DNA of 64,000 nt from Treponema sp. (GCA_017395545.1 JAFPUF010000130.1:435-64434), one strand, 5' to 3'. Shown: positions 49,401 to 58,419, numbered from the stretch's first letter. Program-made: numbers and translations. The notes: generated from the letters alone by a model not told the origin.

Positions 49401-52400
49401 TCCGACAGTGTTACAGTGATTGTCTCACAGGACTCAGACCGCCCGAAGGTAAAAATAAACAACCTTACTCCTTACGGGAATTCATATACCCTCATGTACG
49501 GAACGAATGCACAGGTAACCGGAAGCGTTTCCGACGATGACGCAACCAGCGGCAAGGTCGTAAAAGAATTCTGGATGACAGAGTATCCTGTGACTGTAGA
49601 GAAAAATGCAGACGGTACACTCAAAAAGAATACAGACGGCACATATTCTGTAATTGAGACTCTTTCTGATAATTCAACACGCACTGCCGTAAACAAGCGT
49701 TCTTCATGGAATGTTTCAACAGGTGAATTTATATTTGAGCCTACTGACAAGGACGATGGTCCGAAGCATTTCTATATTCTCGTAATTGATAACACAGATC
49801 ATGACTTCTACACGACTGCAACAAAAGCCGGCGCAACTGAAGAAACGACTGTCTCTGATACTCTCAAGCTTCCAAAAGTTACCGTAACAAAGAAGATTGA
49901 AGGTGCCGCTGAGCCGACCCCTGCACAGAAAGAACAATTGAACGGCACAGTGTTCTCTTACAGTTCTGACCACCTGAACCCGACCGTTGGACTTACGGAA
50001 GGACTTCCTTACGCTGAAAATACAGCGACAGCAAAAGTGGCAGAAGACGACAAGGGTGTTGATTTTGCTATTACGACTGCAACAAAACCGACAACGAACG
50101 CAAGTCTCAACTCAAGCTTCAAGGCTGGTGGCTTTGACCGCAGATACGTTAAATTCTACTTTACGGCAAATGATGCGAGTGGAATTGCGGGTATGACCGT
50201 TGAGTTTAAAGATGACAAGGGAAATAGTCTCAAAAAACTCGCTACGGAGGCAAATATCGGCGGTGTAGATACTGCTAACGGAACTTTCCATGACTCTGAC
50301 GATAAAGATACTGATGCAACATGGCTCACTGATTATGTAGACCTTTCCGAATTTAAAGACAGTGAGGGCAAAGATTTTGCAGGTCAGATTTCTGTTTCGG
50401 TAACTCCTTACGACAAGGCGGGTCTTGCAGGAAACGGTTCGTGCAACTTCTACGTTGACAATCTTCCTCCGAAAATTGAAAAAATCGAGCCGAAATCAGG
50501 TTCGGAAATTTCTGGAGATGTTGAGATTTCCGGAAAATCAGACGATAACGGCGTCGCAGGAACGAAAAACATTCAATGGCTTATTCCTACTACTGCTCAG
50601 GTCGCTGCTTACAAGACAAAAACTACAGATGCTGCTAAAAAAGAATATCTCGCTGATGATACCTTGTACTGGAACGGTGGCGAGGACTCCCTTGAAAAGG
50701 ATTCAAGTCTGACACTGTGGAAGTTTGTCTTTGACGGAAAATATGATGAAGGCGAGTCAATTCCTGCTCAATTCAAATTCAAAAAAGGCAACCCGAAACT
50801 CGATGTTTACGACATAATTGATGACGCTGCCAATAATGTAACAGGCTATGCTGAAAGCGTAACTGAGGACAGAATTTATACATTGCCAGTCTGGTTCAAG
50901 GCTACTGACGCATTGGGCAATGTCGCTTACGAAACCTCATACAAATACAGGCACAACCCTGACGCCGACAAGCCGAAACTTGAATTCACATACCCGACAA
51001 AAGAAAACTACATAACTGACGAAAATAATAACAAATTTGCGGTTCTGGGCGGAACAATCCGTGTTACAGGTTCTGCAATCATTCCGTCAGGACAAACGAC
51101 GGTAGGCTCAATTTACTATCAGATTGCGGATTCTAGAGCCGGCTACACCGGAACCTTCGATATCGACGAAGAAACTGCAACTGCGGACGAACAAAAGACG
51201 GATGTATACAAGGCAAAGAAAACTTATGGCTTAACCGTCGTAAGCGTATACGATGTCATCAACAAGATGCGCGGTACAACTTTATCGAAGAATTCTACAC
51301 TGTCTGAAGAGTTCATAAGCGGTCTCGGATTCAAGACGAAAGACGAAATCGACGCATGGTGGGGAATTGAGGCAACAGGAACGGCTTCATGGAACTTTAA
51401 GCTCAACGAAGACGGAAAACTGAACCCAACTTCAGGAACCAATAATATTACTCTCCGTGCCTGCGGTGTAAACGCAGAAGGCAAATTCGGTGTATGGACG
51501 AGCGGCGACAACGAGATAAAAATCCACATCGATAAAAATGCTCCTGTAATTACTGCAGCTGTTAATAAATATAATGGCGGAACTGCTAAAATCACAAAAG
51601 TTCCGGATTTAACGGCTCAAACTAATCCTGACGAACTCTCAGCAAGTATGTCGTATGATTCAGATATGTATCTCAAGGGCTGCTGGACTCTCGTCGCAAC
51701 CTTGCTTGATGAAACACGTCTTGGTGGTGAGAATATAACTCCTTACAGCGTAATGATTGGAGAAACTCCTCTTTCAGCTGGTACAGGTTACTATGTCGAG
51801 AATAATGTTCATCAGACAGGCGATGATGACATTGAAAAAAATGGTGTCAGGCTTTACATTCCTATTCCGAAAGACTCAGAGTCTGTCGAAATTACGGTCA
51901 ATGCAAGCGACGCTGAACATACATCAACACAGAAATACACCTTTAAGATTGACGAGCAAGCTCCGACTTTGGACAAACTTACTGGAAACAGCCTTGCTTT
52001 TGACGCTGCTGATGAAGCAAAGAAGTGCAAGTCTGTCGAGGATTCAAACTACAGGTTCACACTCGCAGGTTCTTCTTACGATTCAGTATCCGGCGTAAAG
52101 AACATCGTATTCTACTACATGAGAAAGCAGGGAACCACAACACCGATGAAGAGCACCACGAGCGCAAATGACAAGGTTCTGGATCCGATGACATGGAATG
52201 ATGAGACTGCAAGCAAAGTCGCAATGGACGACCTCACGCCTATTGAGTTTACTCAAGAAGACGACACTTATTATCTCTACGCAAAAACATACTCTGGAAC
52301 TGCGACAGCCGACACCTTTATTCCAGACACGGCTTATGACGCTCATGTTCGAAATGGTGGTCTTGTTTACATTGACGGCGTTCTCAGAACAATCACAAAG

Positions 52401-55400
52401 ATTGAAGAAAAAGAGATTGAAGTGGATGGCGAGAAAAAGAAACAGCTGGTAACTACCTTCACGCCAGCTCTTTCTGCGCCAAAAACAAGCGTTACTGCAT
52501 ACTTCCCGATTGCTCAGGTAATCGACAACTCTGCAAGCGAGAAAGTTGACAGCTATTCCGGCGAGACGTTTACAATTGGGTCTGGCGATGACGGCGACGA
52601 TATGCCTGAGTCATTCACTAAGTCTGGAAGCACATGGACCTGGGATGCGGCAATCCGCTCAAACAACATGCCTGACGGTCCTGTCTCTCTCGTAATCCTT
52701 GCGTTCGACAATGCGGGCAACGTATTCGGAAAAACGATTAACACAAAGATTACGAACAAAGCGCCACGAATCGCAAAAGTCTTCCTCGGAACCGACTTGA
52801 ACGGTGACGGAAACTACACGAATTCTGATTCTATCGAAGAGCTTGTTGAATACGACATTCTCGGTGCGGAAGGAAAAGAGCAGTCTGCTCACGAGCTTGA
52901 CTTTAATGCTACAACCCCGGGTAAAAATAATACAACGGTAAAAAAATACAAGAACGGAATCTTTACGATAAAGGACGGTCTTGCCGTTGTTCCTGAAATT
53001 GTCGGCGGAAACGGTGAAATTGCCATGATTCTTGATACCTCGGCTACAAGTCCTGATGCGGTTCCAAAGTCTGCTGCAAAAACTCTGATTACTAAAACTT
53101 CGGCTGGAACCGTCGTAACCGAGAAAAATGATGATGACGAAGATGTTGATACAGTTTCAAAGAGCTTCACGGGAAAAGTTTCCGGAGTCCTTAAAGGCTC
53201 TGATGTCGTTAACAGCATGTACTCATTTGTAATTGATAAGCGTACAGAACCTTATAAAGATAAAGATCCATTTAAGGATATGGATGGTGACAATAAGGGC
53301 ATGTCATTCACATTCTGGGACGAAACCGAAGAGACAGAACAGGGAACTTCTTCTCAGAACGCAGTTCTCTATGTTAAAAACTTCAAGATTGCACAGACTG
53401 ATTCTACTGCGCCGACAGTGGTCGTAAATCCGTTCTTCTGGGACAGTTCAGAACCAGGAGAGAACAGCCTCTATTATCCATGCACCGAGACTACAAATGA
53501 AACTACCGGTAAAGTAACTCGTACTTACGATACAAGCAAAGTTCTCGGACACATCGAACTTGAAGGTGATTTGTCGGCGACTACATTCCCGGAAGCGACT
53601 ACAACCGGTGAGTTCGACCGTGACCCGAAAGTCTCCGGCAAAATCCGCTTCACTGGAACAGCTTATGACAACTTCAGGCTCGGTTCAATCTGGATCAAGT
53701 TTGATGATTACATAACAACTGCCGTGAAAGTTGCGGAATACAAGAATACCGCTGCTGCAAACCAACCGGCTGCAATGGAGTGGGTTGTTACAGATAAAAC
53801 AATTGCAGACGGCTATGTATTCAAAGTCGAAGACACAACTCTGGATGAAAAGGGCAACAAAGCGTATTACGGTCACTATGACGATGAAGTATACTTTGGT
53901 CAGAAAGGTCACAAAGTCTACTGGACTCTCGACCTCGACACTGAAAAAATCAGCTCAAAGGCTAAGACTGATGTAAAACTCACCGTAACGGCAAAAGGTG
54001 CAATCGACAATAAGGAAACTGCTGCTGCTGAAACGAAACCTGGAACAGATGCCACAACCGGAGCAAGAATCGTAACCGACGGAACTACGAATGTGCCGAG
54101 CTACAGGATGGATGTCGTTCCGTATATTACCGCCATTCATACAGAAGACCGTACTCACAGCGGCTTGAAGGACAACAACATCCGTTCTGCAAGCGGTAAG
54201 TACAGCATTCTCAAAAAATCTTCTGATAGTGAGAATAAGATTACGGTAGAAGGCTTCAACTTCCATACGAAGACCGCAAACCTTAAAGCTAAGATTGCCG
54301 TAAACTCTCCGAATAGCACAAGTTCTGCTCCTTACGGTACTGGACTTCTTTCTACAACGGCGGACACAGCGGCAACAGGAACTCATCTTCTGGGACTTAC
54401 AGTCACCGCAGGCTCTACGACAAATTCTTTCACAATTACTAACACCGGTATCTCAAGGAGCGGTTATCTCGAAGTCTTCTCTAACGGCGTGCGAACGCTC
54501 AACAACCTGAACAATAATAATGCTCACGGAAGTTTTGCATTCACAGGCGAAGAAGGAGCAATAGCAATCAATGATTACAAGAACATGCCGAACCGTGCAA
54601 ATGAGGCAGACTTCTACACCACGAAGAATGTCAAACTCACGGACGACAGGTATCTGCGTGTGTTCGATATGAAGGATACGGGTATCAAGAACGGATATTA
54701 TCCGGTAATGATGATGGGTCAGACGACTAAAAATCAGCAGCTCGTAACAACTGATAATCCTGTATTTGGTTATGTTGATTTGAATGGTATTAATTCGCTT
54801 GAACCAATGACTACATTCCAAGATCAGTGTTATCAACCGCAGCGTATGGAATATGATGTTTCTCAAGGTAAAGTCAGTTATATTGAATATCTGATTGGTG
54901 GTCTGTCATGGGATCAGATGGCTATGGCAAGAGATTCTTCTGGCAGATATATGCATGGAAGTGTATATAATTACGCAGGTGATGCAATCCATCTTGTTTA
55001 TAACCGCTATGCTGAACAACACACTTGGACTTATCAAAATTTTTACAGATTTACTGATGGTTGGGGATATACATCAAAATATGATGGATATAGAGGAAAT
55101 CAGGCCGAATCAACTGGAAATAATGCTATAACACTTGAAAAAACTAATTATGGTACTAATGGTACTTTAATTGGTCGTTATCAGGGTATGAAACTTAAGG
55201 TTAAAGGTGATTCTACATCAACTGCTGGTGCTGTTTATTACATGGCATATTTTGATGATAATACTACCGATAAAGAACTGATTTTCAGAACCTTTAATAT
55301 TGGTTCAAATAATACAAGTCGTAGCCATCAGTTGAAGGATGGTTATACAAATCTCACGGAGCAGGCAACAGCTACAACCGTAACAGGTCGTATTAGAGCC

Positions 55401-56036
55401 GCCACAGGTGCTACCAAGTATCTTGATTTGGGTGTAACTTCAACTGGCTATGCAGTAATTGTCTACTACGACAAAAATGGTAATCTCCGATTAGTACATT
55501 CAGATTCTGCAGTTGATGGTTCTATAACGGGTACTACATTCTCTGCAACAAATGTAGAATTTACTCCATATATCGGTCAGTATGTCTCAATGGCAATTGA
55601 TAGTGGCGACCATATTCATATTGCCGCATTTGATGCAAACAAGAGTACCTTGCGTTACATTTATCTGGAAGACTATTCAGACACTGAGCCAGATGAATAT
55701 ACTGTAGATGCCTCAACATCAGTCGGAAAATGGACTCAGATAAAGATTCATCCAACAAGCGGTAAGCCATACATTGCATACTACAACAATGCTGAAGACG
55801 GTCAGAAAGAGTCAATCAAACTGGCTTATCTGTCTGCTGCCGCAAGAGCAGATGGTTATGATGCAAACGATTATGCTACTGGCAGCTGGGAATACATGAC
55901 CGTTCCAGCTCTTACTCCGCCTCAGGGTGGCGATGCGAAGTTCCAGGCAGTCTGTCTCGACTTCGACAGTGCAAACAGACCTGTAGTCGGCTACCTCGGA
56001 ACAAACCTTGAGTTTGGCAAATGGCTGGACGAATAG
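43488..56036 (+). CDS. Giant surface lipoprotein 2 (~4182 aa), collinear paralog of gene 1; putative adhesin
   Basis: GAGG RBS 7 nt before ATG 43488; lipobox LLSC; identical CGENAGLGASVDTESP start; same module order; head with YVSMAID..HIHIAAFD and PYIAYYN. Confidence 0.85.
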   Translation: MKKRFVKSLFCCVIFMLSAILLSCGENAGLGASVDTESPTIAIEYPPIAAVIRDTFTLYGSCSDDKGVASVTVKVTNTSTKEVVDTLSATVSADGKSWSANLNEYDSEAGKWKYLDGSYQFSVEAVDGAGRKSGENSRTFDIDNTPPVFVISNPGVVKSEGKNPSAYGSLFTIEGTIADDHSIALMDVKIYDSNGVLVSSETYDGQSIDFYREEEIATAGGTSVIIAQYANGTTSTMPRYAQLYDTSAGGTQTYYAEVTLRDSALVYKTPTDSSRSAATAENDSLGNSTSTVYLYDSVYTSLMSAKKGLGLSAADLKNLLNGTKTDKPEALTLLNEKAVDTSADTENRLSFSLNPDASPKYQVNGFAFEFDEAQPLQTASSGNSLTVTVSAGLDGTQILPEGDDKEGVKVWLKKYADRPTDETSVKNDIKTLVGKVNNLIKDEKSEFDECESVKNGEEGGTKVDDWILVYDYASHLTDGKKGSSVTTKTFSLTLPKDIELSTYYILALTGCDIEDVDFAQDTVYGFEGNQQGVAPTLKIESPANLSITNNPGVVFSGTAKVNSGNLYVKELKATITVMNEETAEDVGTFTETITCTSTNSADGTATYTWSSQNEAGSAFTWDTTNKKWIFRPSEITGFDSVSAAGENAAGDGKQYLYTLKIEGASSSGHKSEISTSVHIDRKMPSVTITSAEPRVSSYAGLKDSSGNDISSAYNYLNGTVTIKGSIEEQNLKEVTYDFWVSTDLTATLSESDSLFEKAKNNSAIAAALEAAGMDGSLGKVYSINQEFDTTKITALFEAITGKKDPKLLVEVVLMAEDTAVEDLDAENSHGNKIQYLASLDPVLNGEEKNDDGSIKTPAKKFVICQETDRPFMTFGNADSSITTADGVGIKEEVQDGKTVKVNKNLFGTTNDNKLQVTFEDDDAINSVWVTLFDSNGDELADEQTYYGINPYKLGVGKTTYTLNYQLPPTDGVYKVRVDIFDSGATIPTDLSGADSDDSVHRNTSGNFFIAVDSGAPNIKISSPSKGSYHNKPITVKGTVSKQAAVTISGSVKKGDDDVSDATVSDVTISTTKNTYSLYDWSAIVTLPAGASGDYDLIFEAKDGYNQSTSDSVRVGADNAKPEWDASKFYLNKSEELYANTATEIKQWCNSESVSFSGAWKEAHDGSGIDSVYWKVIKAGDKTTQVPAKLSDFGKNTFVTKRANETDDFETFSQNLGEFVVKTDDDGNPVPNTVYMMAVDKAENESSIQTFYVYVDFESPTVSSDQSGSLYSNTKKEISVSGSASDDSSGVKTVSLSVTLDGSSTPLEISTGKTEIPATVTAAATETDPNNKTWSAEIPPSFLATLEDKTYAVKATVTDDAGNKSTQKIFSIKIDSDDPVISDNISLSDEGGVYSVYKNPDTAEYYAYSGSKFSISGSIEDEKSGIAEDGIKVYANLTETQLTDLKKGTATGINSIKTASQLPITDINLSSYSDSEKVKLTIIATDNAGNTKDKTLTVNIDNSAPTPLHAIDTKQKDVFFRIGENDNDDIDKNTVDSNNKKLWDDNLDKDVGGKYSEGTYGNSKTIKIRGTVADGGSGVAMIYYKVITDADLKKVEGYAAADTKPALDKVADNFVKNYKTDKTGYFAPGVIDADKNRRVFYTGALKNARGDAVTFSTTSGDYKDFVAGLGTLNTTDTTKSYATVESNYNSVLSGFSKGRNYLFLVVVDNVGNPTLDSVKSGELTYHNISINVDQTPPDAKSYVTGVKYTNKAENTTMEFTGEASDEDAGLYSITLQQGEKEITVKKDDADGKATNDYGTLEILTRTTVDKKDTKWTWKATVKNDKFFDEAENGDTVSVSLEAKDAAGIGNTKSITVATVIIDTKLDSITLTAPSDAEADVEDEESTLGIQINGTITLEGTIGDKNALPETAIDRIEYSTDNSNWANLNTKADSLELSGNYSFKAENFDTTKLDDGTYYLRAVGKDSAGNEKESDSVTVIVSQDSDRPKVKINNLTPYGNSYTLMYGTNAQVTGSVSDDDATSGKVVKEFWMTEYPVTVEKNADGTLKKNTDGTYSVIETLSDNSTRTAVNKRSSWNVSTGEFIFEPTDKDDGPKHFYILVIDNTDHDFYTTATKAGATEETTVSDTLKLPKVTVTKKIEGAAEPTPAQKEQLNGTVFSYSSDHLNPTVGLTEGLPYAENTATAKVAEDDKGVDFAITTATKPTTNASLNSSFKAGGFDRRYVKFYFTANDASGIAGMTVEFKDDKGNSLKKLATEANIGGVDTANGTFHDSDDKDTDATWLTDYVDLSEFKDSEGKDFAGQISVSVTPYDKAGLAGNGSCNFYVDNLPPKIEKIEPKSGSEISGDVEISGKSDDNGVAGTKNIQWLIPTTAQVAAYKTKTTDAAKKEYLADDTLYWNGGEDSLEKDSSLTLWKFVFDGKYDEGESIPAQFKFKKGNPKLDVYDIIDDAANNVTGYAESVTEDRIYTLPVWFKATDALGNVAYETSYKYRHNPDADKPKLEFTYPTKENYITDENNNKFAVLGGTIRVTGSAIIPSGQTTVGSIYYQIADSRAGYTGTFDIDEETATADEQKTDVYKAKKTYGLTVVSVYDVINKMRGTTLSKNSTLSEEFISGLGFKTKDEIDAWWGIEATGTASWNFKLNEDGKLNPTSGTNNITLRACGVNAEGKFGVWTSGDNEIKIHIDKNAPVITAAVNKYNGGTAKITKVPDLTAQTNPDELSASMSYDSDMYLKGCWTLVATLLDETRLGGENITPYSVMIGETPLSAGTGYYVENNVHQTGDDDIEKNGVRLYIPIPKDSESVEITVNASDAEHTSTQKYTFKIDEQAPTLDKLTGNSLAFDAADEAKKCKSVEDSNYRFTLAGSSYDSVSGVKNIVFYYMRKQGTTTPMKSTTSANDKVLDPMTWNDETASKVAMDDLTPIEFTQEDDTYYLYAKTYSGTATADTFIPDTAYDAHVRNGGLVYIDGVLRTITKIEEKEIEVDGEKKKQLVTTFTPALSAPKTSVTAYFPIAQVIDNSASEKVDSYSGETFTIGSGDDGDDMPESFTKSGSTWTWDAAIRSNNMPDGPVSLVILAFDNAGNVFGKTINTKITNKAPRIAKVFLGTDLNGDGNYTNSDSIEELVEYDILGAEGKEQSAHELDFNATTPGKNNTTVKKYKNGIFTIKDGLAVVPEIVGGNGEIAMILDTSATSPDAVPKSAAKTLITKTSAGTVVTEKNDDDEDVDTVSKSFTGKVSGVLKGSDVVNSMYSFVIDKRTEPYKDKDPFKDMDGDNKGMSFTFWDETEETEQGTSSQNAVLYVKNFKIAQTDSTAPTVVVNPFFWDSSEPGENSLYYPCTETTNETTGKVTRTYDTSKVLGHIELEGDLSATTFPEATTTGEFDRDPKVSGKIRFTGTAYDNFRLGSIWIKFDDYITTAVKVAEYKNTAAANQPAAMEWVVTDKTIADGYVFKVEDTTLDEKGNKAYYGHYDDEVYFGQKGHKVYWTLDLDTEKISSKAKTDVKLTVTAKGAIDNKETAAAETKPGTDATTGARIVTDGTTNVPSYRMDVVPYITAIHTEDRTHSGLKDNNIRSASGKYSILKKSSDSENKITVEGFNFHTKTANLKAKIAVNSPNSTSSAPYGTGLLSTTADTAATGTHLLGLTVTAGSTTNSFTITNTGISRSGYLEVFSNGVRTLNNLNNNNAHGSFAFTGEEGAIAINDYKNMPNRANEADFYTTKNVKLTDDRYLRVFDMKDTGIKNGYYPVMMMGQTTKNQQLVTTDNPVFGYVDLNGINSLEPMTTFQDQCYQPQRMEYDVSQGKVSYIEYLIGGLSWDQMAMARDSSGRYMHGSVYNYAGDAIHLVYNRYAEQHTWTYQNFYRFTDGWGYTSKYDGYRGNQAESTGNNAITLEKTNYGTNGTLIGRYQGMKLKVKGDSTSTAGAVYYMAYFDDNTTDKELIFRTFNIGSNNTSRSHQLKDGYTNLTEQATATTVTGRIRAATGATKYLDLGVTSTGYAVIVYYDKNGNLRLVHSDSAVDGSITGTTFSATNVEFTPYIGQYVSMAIDSGDHIHIAAFDANKSTLRYIYLEDYSDTEPDEYTVDASTSVGKWTQIKIHPTSGKPYIAYYNNAEDGQKESIKLAYLSAAARADGYDANDYATGSWEYMTVPALTPPQGGDAKFQAVCLDFDSANRPVVGYLGTNLEFGKWLDE

Positions 56037-56102
56037 ACACCACAGGATGTGGTGTAAAAGCAAAGAGAGAATTTCTCTCTTAATGTTCAGCCCCAGCCGG
56101 GG

Positions 56103-56156
56103 AAAGCACACAGCCCGCAAGTGCGATTTTTCTGCACCTGCGGGCTGTGTGCTTTT
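56103..56156. terminator. Bidirectional intrinsic terminator after giant gene 2
   Basis: aaagcacacagcccgca...tgcgggctgtgtgcttt; shares the ACAGCCCGCA/TGCGGGCTGT stem with the gene 1 terminator. Confidence 0.8.
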
Positions 56157-56190
56157 CAAGGGCATTGTGGAAAGCTTCAGGTAGAAAATA

Positions 56191-56212
56191 TAATCTGTGT
56201 AATCTGTGGTTT
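56191..56212 (-). repeat. Repeat family C copy
   Basis: taatctgtgtaatctgtggttt is the exact reverse complement of 29281-29302. Confidence 0.65.
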
Positions 56213-56230
56213 TAAATTATCCGTCGCCGC

Positions 56231-58324
56231 TTACCTCAGCACGCTTCCACGGATTCTTTTTACGAATTTTGCCTGACCTATCGAAAGGAGTTTTTCGTCG
56301 TGTTCGGGCATTACTTCCATCAAGACTGTTGCGTCAGTTCCTGTCTTTGTGACTGAAAGCGGAATTCCGACGATAATTCTGTCGTCAAACTGAAGCTCCA
56401 CCATTGAATTGTTGGAAATCGAACCTTCTACGATGTGAAGTTTTCCTGAGAAATCCATTCCTCCAGCTTCGATCCGTTCAAATCTTACGCTGTCGGATCT
56501 GAGCTGTGCCGGAGAAAGTATGATTTTGTGCTGAATCCGCTCCAGAAGGCCTTCTTTTTTTTCCTGAGGAAGGTTGAGTTTTTCAAGTTCTGCCCGCATT
56601 GCCTCAAAATGCGCGGCCCTCTCTTCATCTGAAGTCGGTTTTGCTTCTTCATCAGCGTCAAACCTGTTGTTTTTTTGAGGTACTTCAAATTCCGGGAACC
56701 CAATGCTTTCGTAGTTTTTTTCCGGACTCTTGATTTTGCCGATGAAATCCAGTCCGCTTCGGGTGATGATGCTTGCGGCCTGCTCATCGCTTTCGACAGA
56801 AAGAAGGTAGATTCCCGGTGCAAGGGTTTCTGAAATAAAAGGCTTGATTGCAGGATTGTTCTCCGTGATTCCTGCATTTTCCGTGCTTACCCGGAGAATA
56901 TATCCCTTGTAAATTGTTGCTGAAGAATAAGACCGGCTCCAGTCATCGACAGAAATCTCAAGGTTCTGCGGAATTTCGTAGGGAGAATATTTTTTTAGGA
57001 GGGAGAAAATTTTGTTTGCACCCAGTCCCGAGTCGAAGCCGTGCATTATTGACTTGCGGTTAATCTCAAAAACGGCTGCAGTATCAAAAGTCTTAAGTTC
57101 CATGAAATCCATGAGCGGTATCAGATTTTCAAGGGAAAGACCGGGCATCAGCGTTACGTTGAAAGCCGCATCCACACTCAGGCATTTTGGAGTATCCGTA
57201 AATTTTTCATTTTCGTCCAGAACAGTTCCCGAGACAAAAATCGCTTCGTTATGAATGTCAGTGCCTTTTTTTGCAAGAATTCCAAAAAGTGCGGCGCAGT
57301 CTATCAGCCTGTCCAGAACCGAGGATAAATCAGAGTCTTTTCCGGTAGTCTGGATTTCCTGTTCCCTTGCCCTGTTCAAAATTGCCGAGAATCTGGAGGT
57401 TGTCCCGAAATTCTGTGAAGAATATCCGTCTCCCTGGTCTTCTGAAATAAGGTATGCCAGTCTCAGAATTATGCTGCGTGAGAATCCGTCATGAGGAATT
57501 GAAGCCGCCACATCCAGAAGAAGCTTTGCCTGTTTCAAAAGAGAGCTTCTTGAAAAGCGCCCCTGACTTGCGACACAAAGATATGCGTACTGGAGGCGCT
57601 CATCCAAAAGCGAGAAGGCGAGGAATTTATTTTTATCGGTTTCGTAACCGCCAGGAATTTCCCGGATCAGCGAGAGATTTATGAAAGCTTTCGTGAGGTT
57701 AAAGAGAATTTCCTTCTTGCCGGGGAAAAGTCTTTCAATTTCGTTTTCGGTTCGTTTTTTGAAAGTTCCGTCAGCCTTGCAAAGATCCGGATTTTTATTG
57801 ATGAAAGCAATGAAAGAAGCCAGAAGAAGGGGAGTCAGGGAGAATCCTGTTTCGTAAGAAAGCTGTGCGTATTCTGCCTTTTCGAGAAGAACTGACTGCC
57901 TTGTGTAGGGGGCAAGATCTTCTTCGAGATGCGGATTTATCAGAACAGTTGTCTTTCCTGTGGTTTTGTCGCTTTTTCTGTATAAAATCAGCCGTTCTTC
58001 AAGGTTCAGAAGGCGTTCGTAAAGGGCTGCAAAAGAAAAACTTCCTGAAAAAAATGAAAAAAGTTTTTCCTGTGTGGCATTTGAGATATATTTTACGGCA
58101 GAAATTATCTTTAAATCTGTTTCGCTCAGAAGGGAAATCAGTATTCTGCGGTTTTCCTCCCTTCGGAGGAAAGCTCCGAGTTCTTCGATTAGTTTCTGTT
58201 TGTTGAACGGAGTTTTTATTTCGCCCAGGTACATTCTTATAATCTCAAAGAAATGATTGTCGGGCAGAACGGCAATGCTTTCTCTCCAGTCGATGATTCT
58301 CTGTACACGCGGGTCTAAAGTCAT
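56231..58324 (-). CDS. Helicase-associated domain protein (XPB/Ssl2 N-terminal, Helicase_C_3-like)
   Basis: FEINRKSIMHGFDSG...IPQNL..SVDDW motif; no Walker motifs; GAGGAG RBS before ATG 58324. Confidence 0.7.
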   Translation of the reverse strand: MTLDPRVQRIIDWRESIAVLPDNHFFEIIRMYLGEIKTPFNKQKLIEELGAFLRREENRRILISLLSETDLKIISAVKYISNATQEKLFSFFSGSFSFAALYERLLNLEERLILYRKSDKTTGKTTVLINPHLEEDLAPYTRQSVLLEKAEYAQLSYETGFSLTPLLLASFIAFINKNPDLCKADGTFKKRTENEIERLFPGKKEILFNLTKAFINLSLIREIPGGYETDKNKFLAFSLLDERLQYAYLCVASQGRFSRSSLLKQAKLLLDVAASIPHDGFSRSIILRLAYLISEDQGDGYSSQNFGTTSRFSAILNRAREQEIQTTGKDSDLSSVLDRLIDCAALFGILAKKGTDIHNEAIFVSGTVLDENEKFTDTPKCLSVDAAFNVTLMPGLSLENLIPLMDFMELKTFDTAAVFEINRKSIMHGFDSGLGANKIFSLLKKYSPYEIPQNLEISVDDWSRSYSSATIYKGYILRVSTENAGITENNPAIKPFISETLAPGIYLLSVESDEQAASIITRSGLDFIGKIKSPEKNYESIGFPEFEVPQKNNRFDADEEAKPTSDEERAAHFEAMRAELEKLNLPQEKKEGLLERIQHKIILSPAQLRSDSVRFERIEAGGMDFSGKLHIVEGSISNNSMVELQFDDRIIVGIPLSVTKTGTDATVLMEVMPEHDEKLLSIGQAKFVKRIRGSVLR

Positions 58325-58419
58325 AAAATTTCTCCTCAAAAATTAAATTATACTGAAGAAAAGATTCTTTCGGCAAGAGAATTTCCCGTTGATTTTTACG
58401 CGGAGTCTTAGTCTTATTG

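Noticed and set aside
31440-56036. Diversity-generating retroelement as the source of head variation
   Set aside because: No reverse transcriptase and no template/variable repeat pair differing at adenines in the window; the heads differ wholesale. A distant DGR cannot be excluded from this window.
41304-56036. Polymorphic toxin (CDI/Rhs) interpretation
   Set aside because: No small immunity ORF after either gene, terminators follow closely, and the heads look like propeller blades rather than toxin domains.
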